Source: Nostoc sp. (GTDB taxonomy: Bacteria; Cyanobacteriota; Cyanobacteriia; Cyanobacteriales; Nostocaceae). Taken from it: 64,000 bases of DNA. The translations under genes were made by a program, and so were the position numbers. Where the stretch lies: contig JBALDB010000039.1 of assembly GCA_036918135.1 (NCBI GenBank), forward strand, positions 88,068 to 152,067. Reading direction: 5' to 3'. This document shows, piece by piece, positions 31,906 to 42,285 of this stretch (within the stretch, counting starts at the first letter, position 1; every line of letters begins with the position of its first letter). The notes beneath the pieces are model-generated. The model had not been told where the DNA came from. It worked only from the letters and a program-made list of their open reading frames with translations, and made no database searches.

Positions 31906-34848
31906 TTATAGCTTTTGCCGCATCATCAGTTGAGCAAATAGCCCTTGCTGATTGGCTAGTCGCTCAAAATTGCCCTGCTGTACAACCCGACCATCCTGAA
32001 GCACATAGATACGGTCGGCATTGTGGATTGTACTGAGACGGTGAGCAATGACTATGCGCGTCACTTTTAGGCGGTCAAGGCTTTGACTAACAATAGCCTG
32101 GGTTTTATTATCTAAGGCACTGGTAGCTTCATCAAACAGTAAAATTCGTGGTTTTAATACCAACGCCCTAGCTATTAACAGCCTTTGCCGTTGTCCGCCA
32201 GAAATATTACCACCTCCTTCACTGACAACAGTGTGCATACCCATTGGCATAGCTTGGATATCATCTGCTAAACCCGCCATCCGGGCGGCTTCCCATGCTT
32301 CATCAATTGTGACTAAAGCACCACTGGCAATGTTTTCAAAGATAGAAGCTGACATTAATCGGCTATTTTGTAAGACAACACCCATCTGTCGGCGCAGAGC
32401 ATGAATATCCAGTCCTGTCAACTCCTGTCCATCATAGTAAATACTACCAGATTCCGGAGTCTCAAATCCCAGCAATAAACGAAACAAAGTTGATTTCCCA
32501 CTCCCAGAAGTCCCCACCAGAGCAATGAATTCCCCAGGTTCAGCCCGAATAGTCACATCATCTAAGATTAAGGGTCTATCATCGTGGTAACGAAATGCCA
32601 CATGGTCTACAACAACTCTGCCCGATAACCTGCCAGGATCTGCTTTACTATTATTAACTTCTGGTTCGGCTTGCAAAATTGGCTGGGCACGCTTCCACAA
32701 AGGTACGATTTTCAGAACATCGACAACGGTTGTACTCAAGCTGGTTGCACCGCTAATAAAGGTACCAAAAGCAGAGTTGAACGCCAGGAAAGTACCAATG
32801 GATAGTGCTTGAGTTCCCGTTTGCTGACTCTGCTGTAGTAATGTGGCAGTAAACCAGAAAAGCACGCAAGACGTGAGTATGGGCAAGACTTTATTGCAGA
32901 CGTTGAGAACATCTTCGATAGCTTGGGTACTCAACACTAATTTTATTTGCTGGCTATACTGTTTACCCCAGTAAGCAAAAGCGCGTTCTTCAGCTGCTGC
33001 GACTCGCAATTTAGCAACCCCGTTGATTAACTGCACCATCACGCCAAAGATTTGTCCTTGTTGCTCCAATAAGGGACGAACCTTACGAAGGGTGAGCATA
33101 CCAGAGAAAAAAGTCAGGGCAATATTTACAACAGCTGCAATAATAGCGATCAAGGTTAACGAACTGTTGTAGTAAATTAGCAATCCCAAGTTTAAGAAGG
33201 CAAACACGCCAGAGAAAATACTTTTGAGAACTGTGCCGCTCAATTGGGAGCGGATCTCGCTGATGCTAGAAACTCTAGATTCTAAGTCACCGATAGAATA
33301 CTGATTAAAAAAAGATACACTTAGCTTTAACAGCCTGTCCCACACCGCAGTTTGAGTGGATGAGTCGGCAAAAGTTTCTAATCTCATCAGGGCAAGCCCT
33401 TGAGCTAGTTGAAAAATTGTACCTCCAAAAGCTGTTGCACAAAGACCTAAAGCAATTTGTAACAATAGTCCCCGGTTGGCATCTGGAACGGCGTTATCTA
33501 TGAGAATAGCGGTGGCTTGGGGCGTTACCATCCCTAATAAAGAAACAGCGATCGCGCTTAACAGGATGATAATTAAATCCTTATAATGACCCTGTAGTGC
33601 AAATAGAAGTATATCCCAGGTTTTGAGGTCTTTATCGGGCAAAGGTCGATAAAATACATAGGCAGTGGTGGAGAGCGTAGCAGCGCTTTGCTCATCTACA
33701 AAAGTGCGAGTCTGCTTGAGCGGATCGAAAATCTCATAGCTATTGCCCCTTGCGCCGCTCTTAACTGGTAACAGAGCCACCGGACTCTCGTCTTCTAAAG
33801 TGTATCCCAGCATCGGGCCGCAGTCACTTTTCCACCAGTTGCCGATTAGATGCAAGCGACGTATCCGAATTCGTGAAGCACGGGCGATCGCATCTATTGG
33901 GTGTTTAAGGCGTTTGAGGTCTTCTGACTGAGCTGGAGGGCGAATCGCAATACCTAAAGCACGTCCGACTGCTCCTGCTGCAACTAACAAAGCTTGGTCT
34001 GAGGAATTACTGCCATGCATCATCTGTAAAGAAGTGGCTGTTTGCCTCTGTTGCACCACAGATGACAGTTCTTCCAACGTTTCATTCATAACCTGACGCT
34101 TCAGGTGTTCTCTTTGCCGACACCTCTGAATTTCTTGCTGGATTTCTTGCTCACAAAGCAAGTTAATCATTTGTAGAAAATTCATTTGCAGTTGAGCCAG
34201 ACTAACCATTAAAGTGTCTGCTTCTTGAATCTCTTCGGTACGAAAACTTTCTAGTTCTAATATGCCCTGTGCCTGCAACCAGATATCAGCACTCAAAGGT
34301 AACAAACCAGACGCAGAGTCAAAAATTAGTTCGGCAAATCCCATCAAATTGGCATAACCATGTTGAATTCGTACCCAAGATACGCTACCTTGTTCTGGTC
34401 GGAATATCTCGCCATTAGCTAAGAAGAACTGGGTTCCCGGCTTTGGAACCTTGAAGTTGCGATCGGGTTCGCGAGCCACAGCCGAACCCAGTTGATATAT
34501 CCAACGCTCTAGCAAATCCACTGCATAGTCTTGTTTGTTTGCGAACATAGACTCAAAATCTTTGCGAGAGATTCTGAGCAGTTCTGTTTCCTCAAGCGAC
34601 ACTGCTAAAATTTGCAGCTGCTTGCTTTGAAATGGTGCTATTGAAAACATCGCTTCTGCGGATTTGACATTAAATAGGTAACGCCGTTTTCCTTCTGAGC
34701 TACCATTGTTAACCGCAATGGCAAATAGTGACATGGAACCCGATCGCACTACCCAAACTGTCTGCGGGTCATCTAATAGTAAAGGTTCATTACCTTTAAA
34801 TCTATAGTATTCTCCTGACAAACCGGGAATTTTGTTTTCAATAAGCAT
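31906..34848 (-). CDS. NHLP bacteriocin export ABC transporter permease/ATPase subunit (no peptidase)
   Basis: N-terminal cNMP-like region, IARASRIRIRR..L..NWW..DCGP motif, ABC membrane domain, GTSGSGKS, ISGGQRQR, FDEATSALD. Confidence 0.92.
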   Translation of the reverse strand: MLIENKIPGLSGEYYRFKGNEPLLLDDPQTVWVVRSGSMSLFAIAVNNGSSEGKRRYLFNVKSAEAMFSIAPFQSKQLQILAVSLEETELLRISRKDFESMFANKQDYAVDLLERWIYQLGSAVAREPDRNFKVPKPGTQFFLANGEIFRPEQGSVSWVRIQHGYANLMGFAELIFDSASGLLPLSADIWLQAQGILELESFRTEEIQEADTLMVSLAQLQMNFLQMINLLCEQEIQQEIQRCRQREHLKRQVMNETLEELSSVVQQRQTATSLQMMHGSNSSDQALLVAAGAVGRALGIAIRPPAQSEDLKRLKHPIDAIARASRIRIRRLHLIGNWWKSDCGPMLGYTLEDESPVALLPVKSGARGNSYEIFDPLKQTRTFVDEQSAATLSTTAYVFYRPLPDKDLKTWDILLFALQGHYKDLIIILLSAIAVSLLGMVTPQATAILIDNAVPDANRGLLLQIALGLCATAFGGTIFQLAQGLALMRLETFADSSTQTAVWDRLLKLSVSFFNQYSIGDLESRVSSISEIRSQLSGTVLKSIFSGVFAFLNLGLLIYYNSSLTLIAIIAAVVNIALTFFSGMLTLRKVRPLLEQQGQIFGVMVQLINGVAKLRVAAAEERAFAYWGKQYSQQIKLVLSTQAIEDVLNVCNKVLPILTSCVLFWFTATLLQQSQQTGTQALSIGTFLAFNSAFGTFISGATSLSTTVVDVLKIVPLWKRAQPILQAEPEVNNSKADPGRLSGRVVVDHVAFRYHDDRPLILDDVTIRAEPGEFIALVGTSGSGKSTLFRLLLGFETPESGSIYYDGQELTGLDIHALRRQMGVVLQNSRLMSASIFENIASGALVTIDEAWEAARMAGLADDIQAMPMGMHTVVSEGGGNISGGQRQRLLIARALVLKPRILLFDEATSALDNKTQAIVSQSLDRLKVTRIVIAHRLSTIHNADRIYVLQDGRVVQQGNFERLANQQGLFAQLMMRQKL

Positions 34849-34936
34849 ATTTATAACCTACTAAAAAGTTATGCAAAGATGTTTGTAAATGAATTTAAGA
34901 CTATCTTTGTGTTGACTCTTTGATGTTGTTTGTATG

Positions 34937-34968
34937 CCTTATTGGAAAAACCTGGGTTAATTTATGCA
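34937..34968 (-). promoter_or_regulatory. Putative alternative-sigma promoter TGCATA-N17-CCAATAAG upstream of the second ABC subunit
   Basis: Minus strand TGCATA AATTAACCCAGGTTTTT CCAATAAGG; same motif and spacing as at 50329-50360 and upstream of the precursors. Confidence 0.6.
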
Positions 34969-35195
34969 AATGTTGGTATTTGCTGGACAGTAAAAGACGA
35001 TATTATACTCTCGGTGAGAGGTTAAAACAAAGCGCATTTTGTCAATCAGTTCGAGTTTATTGAAACGCAAAGGGGCACAGAGTTTATTTCGGTCTTTTCG
35101 CTACGTGTACTAAGCCTCCTATCCGTTGGTATAGTAAGGGTCTCAGGGTTTAAATCTGTTGTTGGATTTTAGAGAATTGGTATTAGACCTGTCGC

Positions 35196-36050
35196 TTAAT
35201 GTAGTGGTTGAGTACAGCACTGTGTAATAGTTTCGCTGGCAACATTTTCCAAGCCAACAGACTTTAATAGGTCTTGCCAGTTAGAAGCTAGGGCGGTATC
35301 TTTTGGTTTAGCAAGACGGAGTTCGCTTAAAAGTGTCAAAGCGTCTTGCCAAATACCCGCTTGAGCATAAAGGGCGACACGTTCTTGTGGTGTTGCTGTC
35401 CCTAAGCGCCGGACTAAATCGCGGTTCGGCTCTATTCGTTGGACTAATCCTTCAACAGCAATATCCTCAGATTCTTCAGAGGAGGTTTGTGATTTGCAAT
35501 CAACTAAGAAGTACCAATGATAATACTTACCAATCTCTAGTGGTTTCTCTGTTGTAGGAACGCGAACGCTAATGACTCCGGGCGTTCCCGACAAGTTAAT
35601 TAACAGAGGCTCTTTGGTGACGGAATTATTGTTTTCATCTAATACTACAAACTTGACAACACTAATATCTTTAATTTGGTAAGGAACGTAAAACCAAAAG
35701 GTAGGATATTCAGCAGTTGTTAACCCCAAAGCAAATTTTGATGAGGATGTGTCTGTAGTTCTTAGTTGCTTTAGACTCAAATTTCTTGGTACCAAGGGTA
35801 CTAATGCAGTTAGAGGTATGCTCGCATTTGGACAATTACCACGCGTTCCTGCTCCTTGGCGATCGCTAGGCGCACCCCGGTTTTCTGGTTCTTTTTCTAA
35901 AGTTGGCTGAATAAAGCGGATTTTAGTATTATTCGAGTTATTGTTAGATGGTTGTTGAGATTGTGCAGGTTGTGTAAGACTAACTACAATAAAAGTAAAA
36001 GTAAACACTAATATTTGCGGAAATCGAAAATTTATTTTATTCATAATCAA
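35196..36050 (-). CDS. DUF928 domain exported protein
   Basis: Signal peptide; GAGTRGNC, LTALVP, PTFWFYVPY, YAQAGIWQDAL, WQDLLKSVGL motifs. Confidence 0.9.
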   Translation of the reverse strand: MIMNKINFRFPQILVFTFTFIVVSLTQPAQSQQPSNNNSNNTKIRFIQPTLEKEPENRGAPSDRQGAGTRGNCPNASIPLTALVPLVPRNLSLKQLRTTDTSSSKFALGLTTAEYPTFWFYVPYQIKDISVVKFVVLDENNNSVTKEPLLINLSGTPGVISVRVPTTEKPLEIGKYYHWYFLVDCKSQTSSEESEDIAVEGLVQRIEPNRDLVRRLGTATPQERVALYAQAGIWQDALTLLSELRLAKPKDTALASNWQDLLKSVGLENVASETITQCCTQPLH

Positions 36051-36056
36051 GTTTAG

Positions 36057-38384
36057 TTAAGTATTTGGTTGATAAACTCTAGTAAAAAGACGAATTCCAA
36101 AAGCAGTAGTTATTAAGGCAAAAACAGTAGGAACGAACGGCACCCAACCACCGAATAACAAGAGAATAAAACAGCATCCATATAAGGTAATCAGTGCAAC
36201 GCCAATTATTACTGCTAGTTGCGATCGCGACCAACGATACACAGCGATTATTCCTCCTACTAATGACCAGCCGCACAGCCAGAGAATTTCACCCCATACA
36301 GGCCAGACCCATAACAGTGGTCGGCGATCCATCACAGTACTCAGAATCTGGCTAACCATATTGGCGTGAATTACTATACCTGGTACTTGTTGATAAGGCA
36401 TAGTTTTTGTACTATAAGGCGTTAGGAAAGAATCTTTAACACTGTCAGCATCAACACCGATTAGCACAATCCGATTTCTCACCCAGTCGGGATTCAACTG
36501 ACCTTTAAGAACTTGTGCGAGAGTCACTTGTTGAGCAATCTCGCGTGAAGAGCGATAGTTGAGCAGTAATTGATGACCTCGCGCATCAAATTGTTGATAA
36601 CCACCTGTAGGGATATCTATAGGTTTAAAGACAACTTTGCCAAGTTGCAAATATCCTTCGTCGTTAATTTGGGATTGAATGCCCTCTTTTGCTAGATAGC
36701 GACTTGCAAGTTGCCAGCTTAAGGAGTAGCGTGTTTTACACAGGGATTCTGGGTCTGGAGTTACGGCTAATAGCTGACGCCGAACTACAAAGTCACTATC
36801 AAGCACAACATCACTAAAGCCGACGCGATCGCTTGAAATTTCTGGTGGGGGTGAAATACCAGGCGCTTGTGTTTTGCCTCCACTGAGTTTACAAATAGCA
36901 AAAAAGTTGTCACTTTGGTGCAGGCGAGTTGCTAAATCTTTATATTGAGGTTCTACTGTAAAATCGCGATAGAGATCTAAACCGATCGCTCTTGGTTGGT
37001 ATAATTCCAATTTCTGCATCAGCTGTTGCAATACCTCATCTGATAACGAGGATTTTTGCCGCTGCTTTTGGGCTTGAATGTCTGCTTCTGTGATTTTAAC
37101 TATTAATAGGCGTTGGTCTGGGCCTTCATCTGGTCTCATCTGCATCATGGAATCGAAAGCCGACAATTCCCATTGCTGCATGATTCCTAGCGATCGCACT
37201 TGCAACACCAAGCCTGCGATCGCCATACTTGCCACTAATGCTGTTTGCAGTTTCTGTTTTTTGAACCAAGGGAAAGATACCGCTTCTGTTTGCCCGCGTA
37301 AACCGTTCCATGTCAGCGGTTCTTCTGCTGGGTTCTGGTAAATCATTGGCAACCAAGAAGCAGTAGGAAATTCATCTTCTAGACCTTGTAACCTCTCTCG
37401 TGCGTAACGTGCTGCCAAATAGTAAGATTGACCGCCTGCGAAAGCTGAGAGGAAATTCTTTAAAAACTCTTGAGCAACAAAATCCGGCACATTCTCTCGC
37501 ATGATAATTACTTCGGGAATGTGCAGATCGGCTAACTGCGATGCCAATCCCAAACCATCGCAGGAGTTAAAAATAGCAAGTTTTAAACCCTGTGCGATCG
37601 CATATTTCAAAGCATTTTTTAATTCCGGTATGGTTAAACTGCTGGTTTGGTTAATATGTATTAAACCTGTATCTTCTTGACTTTGACTATGCCCTGCAAA
37701 AAACAGAATATCCCAGCCTTGTTTATCCCATAACCACTTATCTAATTCTTGGCGTGAAGGCTCTACCAAAAATACTGTTGATGCATTGGGCAATTTTTTT
37801 AGTAAAATTTGGTCTTTTTGGATATCAATTCCCGTACTATTACCCAATATCGCTAATATTCTAACTTGTCTACTATTTTTTTTTGGTAATACTTTAACTC
37901 GCTCATAAGTTGGAGGAGTTAAGGCTACTTCTGCTTTTTGGTAATCTTCAAAAAAATTCCATAGATGCCAAGGTAGTCGTCTTAGCAGGCGATCGCTTGT
38001 TTCAATAATCACCTGAAATTCTTCATCTAAAGTCAATCTGGCTCGTAATTGTTGGTCAATTTTGTGAAACGAATTTGAGTTCAGCCAACTATTAATTTGC
38101 TGATATAACTCCTGACAAACTTCAGTAAAATCAGTTTCACTAATATTAGTCAAACCAACTGGTTCCATTTCAATTAAAGCCCGACCATGAAATCGTTGTT
38201 GGAGTGCTTGATAGATTAATTGATAACGTTTATAAAGTTCTGCAATTTCTGGGGCGGCGGGTAAACTACCTGTAAATTGCATCGGACGAGAGTTGTTAGT
38301 TTCCCACAGTTGTGCATTAACAACCGAGAAGCCATCGCTTAAGTTACCTTTATCTAAATTTATAACAACTAACTTACCCATCAT
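36057..38384 (-). CDS. CHAT peptidase - CHASE2 sensor membrane protein
   Basis: LPWHLW, FFAGHS and IFNSCDG (His/Cys), SWLP; TM; CHASE2 motifs IGLDLYRD, GFSDVVLD, VLIG, PGIVIHA; three C-terminal TMs. Confidence 0.9.
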   Translation of the reverse strand: MMGKLVVINLDKGNLSDGFSVVNAQLWETNNSRPMQFTGSLPAAPEIAELYKRYQLIYQALQQRFHGRALIEMEPVGLTNISETDFTEVCQELYQQINSWLNSNSFHKIDQQLRARLTLDEEFQVIIETSDRLLRRLPWHLWNFFEDYQKAEVALTPPTYERVKVLPKKNSRQVRILAILGNSTGIDIQKDQILLKKLPNASTVFLVEPSRQELDKWLWDKQGWDILFFAGHSQSQEDTGLIHINQTSSLTIPELKNALKYAIAQGLKLAIFNSCDGLGLASQLADLHIPEVIIMRENVPDFVAQEFLKNFLSAFAGGQSYYLAARYARERLQGLEDEFPTASWLPMIYQNPAEEPLTWNGLRGQTEAVSFPWFKKQKLQTALVASMAIAGLVLQVRSLGIMQQWELSAFDSMMQMRPDEGPDQRLLIVKITEADIQAQKQRQKSSLSDEVLQQLMQKLELYQPRAIGLDLYRDFTVEPQYKDLATRLHQSDNFFAICKLSGGKTQAPGISPPPEISSDRVGFSDVVLDSDFVVRRQLLAVTPDPESLCKTRYSLSWQLASRYLAKEGIQSQINDEGYLQLGKVVFKPIDIPTGGYQQFDARGHQLLLNYRSSREIAQQVTLAQVLKGQLNPDWVRNRIVLIGVDADSVKDSFLTPYSTKTMPYQQVPGIVIHANMVSQILSTVMDRRPLLWVWPVWGEILWLCGWSLVGGIIAVYRWSRSQLAVIIGVALITLYGCCFILLLFGGWVPFVPTVFALITTAFGIRLFTRVYQPNT

Positions 38385-39224
38385 TAATTACTAAAGTTTT
38401 TTATATAATATTAATATTACATTTTCTTGTAAAAACTTATCATCAAAATTTAGCTTTTGGCTTATTGATTTGATATTAATTTTATAAATTCACTTTTATA
38501 AGTATATTATTAGTTCTCACTTATTCTCTATTAAAAAATATATTTTTATAATTAATATTATCTTAAGCAAACTTAAGCGTAGCTGCTAGCAATTACGCAG
38601 ATAAATGCAGTAATACATAGTTTTTAATAATAGTAGTATTGTATCATTTGGTCTATCGTTATGAATAAAAAATATAGACGAAGAAAGCACAACTTTACAT
38701 TTCTTCAGGCTTATTTTGTCTTCGTAACTAAATACTAAAAAAAGATATTCAATGCAAAACAATTGAATACATTACTTCAGGCATTCGAGGACGTAGCAAA
38801 AAAGATGGATTTTATACCAATTCTCTATGAAGCTTAATTATTTAGGACTTACACAAAATACCTCTCTAACTCTCATTACTCCGTGTACTTTGTGCCGCAC
38901 CAGTTGCTTCAAGTCGGGGAACCCGCCCAACGCACTGGCTTCTCTGTGGTAGCCTGCGGCAAGCCGCTATCGCGTCTACGATTCTTCCGTAATTTGTGCT
39001 TAATTCCTATTATTTTAGAACATGGCAAATTCTCTCAGAAAATCTCTGCGTCCCTTTGCGCTAACCTCCGTGTACCTTTGCGTTGAAAAAAATCTAGGAT
39101 TTGGCGCAGCCTTACAAAGAAACGGTATTAATATCCTTGAGTTTAACCAGGAAAAAGACCGCGTTCAGAAAAAATCAAAGCCGCGCTATAAAAGTGACTC
39201 ACCCCCTCCCCTGCCTTCTACTTA

Positions 39225-40466
39225 TCAAACCACAAAATCCTCTGTAATGCTAAAATCACCTAGAATCAATTGAATACTAAAGCTAGTTTCACGCACACAT
39301 TTAAAACGATTTAGCGAAATATAGTAATCTTGATTTCTAGATTCAACTACTTGTAAAGTCTCTCCTGAACTCGAAAGTACTAGTTTTAAATGGGGTAGCA
39401 AATACTTTTGATTACCAGTAGGATGTACTTGCACTAAAACACTAGTTTTTGCCTCTGCTTCTTCAGTAAGAGCAACCAGCAGTGCTACAGTTTGTTCTCC
39501 TAATTGCATTCCCAAATCAATGAGTTTAACTCCATTAACAACAGATACCTTAGAAGCATCAAAACTTCTAGTAGCAAATGCTAAATTTCCCAATTGTGGC
39601 GTATTTATTATCGTATCAATGGATTGCCAACCTATCTCAAAAACTTTGTCAAACCATTGACTCAAATTTACTTGTATTTTGTTGGGTACAATGTCGGCAA
39701 CAGGTGAAATCTCACTTTGCAATAAACCTAAACGCTGATTGTAGAGTTGATGCCGCCATTGTTCGTTAGCAAGTAATGCTGCCCATTGGCTAAATGATAC
39801 ATCTGCATGTAAACGCGGTGAATAAATAGATGGATTAGCTAAAGTTCGTAACAAATCTTGAGCTTCAGCTGCTGATAAAGTTGCTAAAAGTGGCACTTCT
39901 TCTCGAAAATTTAGTCCTAGTGTTGCCAACAGTATGGTAAAGTTTTCTGTTAACTCATCAACTGCTAAAGAATAAGTGCGATCGCTTTGATTATATCTAG
40001 CTTCGTTCTTCAATTGACGATGAGTCGCAAAGCCACGTACTGCCATCCAACACTCATCTTCATCATCCAAATTTATCTGTACTGCTAAGTAATAGTCAGC
40101 TACCCAATTGGGGATATCTACCCACTCCTGGGGTACAGACAATTCTTCTAAATCTGTGGTTTCAGTTGGCAACAGTACTAGCCGGGTTTCACCTACTTGA
40201 ACAGCTATACCATTAACTACTTCCAAAATAGTAGGTATATCTTCAGGCCATATTGAAGGTTGCGGCCCGGATTCTTCTTGCTGCCAATCTTCAAGCCAAC
40301 TGATAAAATGATCCAAGCAAATATGATTGAGATATGAGTTGTAACGAGCGATAGGATTAGAGTGGTGTTGCTGGCTATATCGCCACGCTTTTTTTTGCTC
40401 TGTTACTGCAATCTTTAACCAAAGATGCTTTGTGTTATTACTTGCTAATTCCATTAAGTTAAACAT
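39225..40466 (-). CDS. DUF1822 family protein (putative anti-sigma partner)
   Basis: VPQEWVDIPNWVADYYLAVQI, VNLSQWF, KLIDLG, VQVHP, TEDFVV motifs; ATG 40466 overlaps the sigma gene stop. Confidence 0.88.
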   Translation of the reverse strand: MFNLMELASNNTKHLWLKIAVTEQKKAWRYSQQHHSNPIARYNSYLNHICLDHFISWLEDWQQEESGPQPSIWPEDIPTILEVVNGIAVQVGETRLVLLPTETTDLEELSVPQEWVDIPNWVADYYLAVQINLDDEDECWMAVRGFATHRQLKNEARYNQSDRTYSLAVDELTENFTILLATLGLNFREEVPLLATLSAAEAQDLLRTLANPSIYSPRLHADVSFSQWAALLANEQWRHQLYNQRLGLLQSEISPVADIVPNKIQVNLSQWFDKVFEIGWQSIDTIINTPQLGNLAFATRSFDASKVSVVNGVKLIDLGMQLGEQTVALLVALTEEAEAKTSVLVQVHPTGNQKYLLPHLKLVLSSSGETLQVVESRNQDYYISLNRFKCVRETSFSIQLILGDFSITEDFVV

Positions 40467-42123
40467 TTGTTCCACCTACTTTTATTTGCTTAGAGTTTGG
40501 AAAATATGCGTCAATAACGATGTTAATCGTTTCTTCTATTTCTAATTTTTTCCCGGAATTACTTCTATTTTTGATAACTACTTTAATTAGAGATTTGTAG
40601 TGCTTTGATAACCATTTCTCTAAATACTCTTTTATCCAAAGATTTATCTGTTCTACCAAATTTGCTTGTAACTTATACTGAGTTTGAGAAAGCTTTTCCT
40701 TGACTTCAGTTTGCTCAATACCTAATTGATTAGCAATTTTTATTTCACTCAATTTTTGGCTGTAACAAAGTTGTAAAATTTCTTTTTCTTCCGAAGATAG
40801 TTTTTTGATACCTGACACTAAAGCTGCTTGAATCAAATCTAAGTGTGAGGGATTAGTATAATTTTGCTTTAACCAATTGCTCACATACTCCTTGACCCAT
40901 TGTTGAGATTGCGATATTCCTGCTAAAGTTTCTAGGAGTGTAATTGTAGACTTTTTCAAATTACGAGAAATTGTACTTTGATTAATTTCTAACTTAGCTG
41001 CTAGCTGTTGTTGATTAAGACCAAATCCATAGTAAAGTAGCAAAAGTTTTTGAAATTCAGGTTTCATCGCTTCTAGTTGTTCGCGTAAAGACAAACTAGT
41101 TTTTTTGTTGAGAAATTGCTGACTTTCTCCTACTTCTTCTGCTGAGTCGTGCCATTCTAATTCTAAAGCTTCCTCTTGGATGTCATATTGTGCTTCATAT
41201 CCACTTGTTTGTAAGGCATCAAGAGACCATTGAGGTACTATAGATTTTGGATAGTTTTGTAATGCTGCAATAGAATTTTCCATCCAAGATTGCATCTGCT
41301 TAGCGGTAATATGAGTTGAAGCAGATACCTCATGAGGTGCAGAAGATAAGACTTTCTCTGCATTGTAACACTGAGCAGCTTGTTCAAAATCCTCTCTATC
41401 TGGATCGGGCCATTTCTGACCATTTTTTCTGGCGGGATTTTGAACTTTATTAAATAAATAAACTTGTTTAAAATATTTTTTAGCAAAAATTATCTGAGAA
41501 ATATTAGGTTCGCTCAGTCCTGATACTTGCAGTGCTTCTCTTAATTCTTTATCACTCTTTTTAGATAACATTCGCCACTTAGAAAACTTTTGAACTCGCA
41601 TTTCATCTTTAATATTGTTTTCTAAGGCGGTTGTTACATATGTCTCAATATTAGATTGCTGCGAATTATATTTAGACAATATTTCAGCTAATTTTAGAGG
41701 GTCGTAAATTATCACTCTGGCAAAACAGAGATATTCTTCCCAATTTTCTTGATTCTGATATTTACATATATTTTTAACTGCCCAATAGCATTTTTCTTCA
41801 AAATAACTTGCCAGATGTTCTAATGCTAATTGTTGTTTGTTTGCTGGTTCCCAATCTGCTACTGTTTGAAATTCTTTAAGAGCTACAGTTCGCCAAAACT
41901 GCGCTAGACCATTTCCTTTATCTTGTTGCCTCCATAAACTAGAAACTTTTTCATTTCTTTGTGCATATAGCTCTATATTGCGTTTTAAATAAGGTTGATA
42001 TTTCCATTGCAGTGTTAATCGATTATTTTGATGATTAAGCATGAGATAGGTAGAAAATTTATCAGTATTGTTCTCACGCTTTGGTAGTGTTGAGATGCCA
42101 TCCAAGTTTACAAAGTTTAACAT
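40459..42123 (-). CDS. Sigma-70-family (ECF/HetZ-like) RNA polymerase sigma factor with two region-4-like HTHs
   Basis: HLASYFEEKCYW region-2-like segment; LLLLYYGFGLNQQQLAAKLEINQSTISRNL and second ILQLCYSQKLSEIKIANQLGI HTH. Confidence 0.78.
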   Translation of the reverse strand: MLNFVNLDGISTLPKRENNTDKFSTYLMLNHQNNRLTLQWKYQPYLKRNIELYAQRNEKVSSLWRQQDKGNGLAQFWRTVALKEFQTVADWEPANKQQLALEHLASYFEEKCYWAVKNICKYQNQENWEEYLCFARVIIYDPLKLAEILSKYNSQQSNIETYVTTALENNIKDEMRVQKFSKWRMLSKKSDKELREALQVSGLSEPNISQIIFAKKYFKQVYLFNKVQNPARKNGQKWPDPDREDFEQAAQCYNAEKVLSSAPHEVSASTHITAKQMQSWMENSIAALQNYPKSIVPQWSLDALQTSGYEAQYDIQEEALELEWHDSAEEVGESQQFLNKKTSLSLREQLEAMKPEFQKLLLLYYGFGLNQQQLAAKLEINQSTISRNLKKSTITLLETLAGISQSQQWVKEYVSNWLKQNYTNPSHLDLIQAALVSGIKKLSSEEKEILQLCYSQKLSEIKIANQLGIEQTEVKEKLSQTQYKLQANLVEQINLWIKEYLEKWLSKHYKSLIKVVIKNRSNSGKKLEIEETINIVIDAYFPNSKQIKVGGTNV

Positions 42124-42285
42124 CTTCGTTGCTTTTATTTACTAAGTAACAGTGTTGTGTAATTTAATTTACAAGTATAAATATCATACTTCTCCTTATT
42201 TAATTGAGATTTTAATAACTTCTTGAGATTGCAGTAGTTTGTAGGTAAATAGACTATACGGTAGAAGCATTTAACTTTATGCAAT

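Noticed and set aside
34870..34875. Additional TGCATA (minus strand) close to the ABC gene start
   Set aside because: No CCAA box at 17-nt spacing; a lone hexamer is expected by chance in AT-rich DNA
38883..39273. Short plus-strand ORFs between the CHASE2 and DUF1822 genes
   Set aside because: Composed of dispersed-repeat sequence (CTCTGCG-type heptamers and SDR-like units) with no protein-like features
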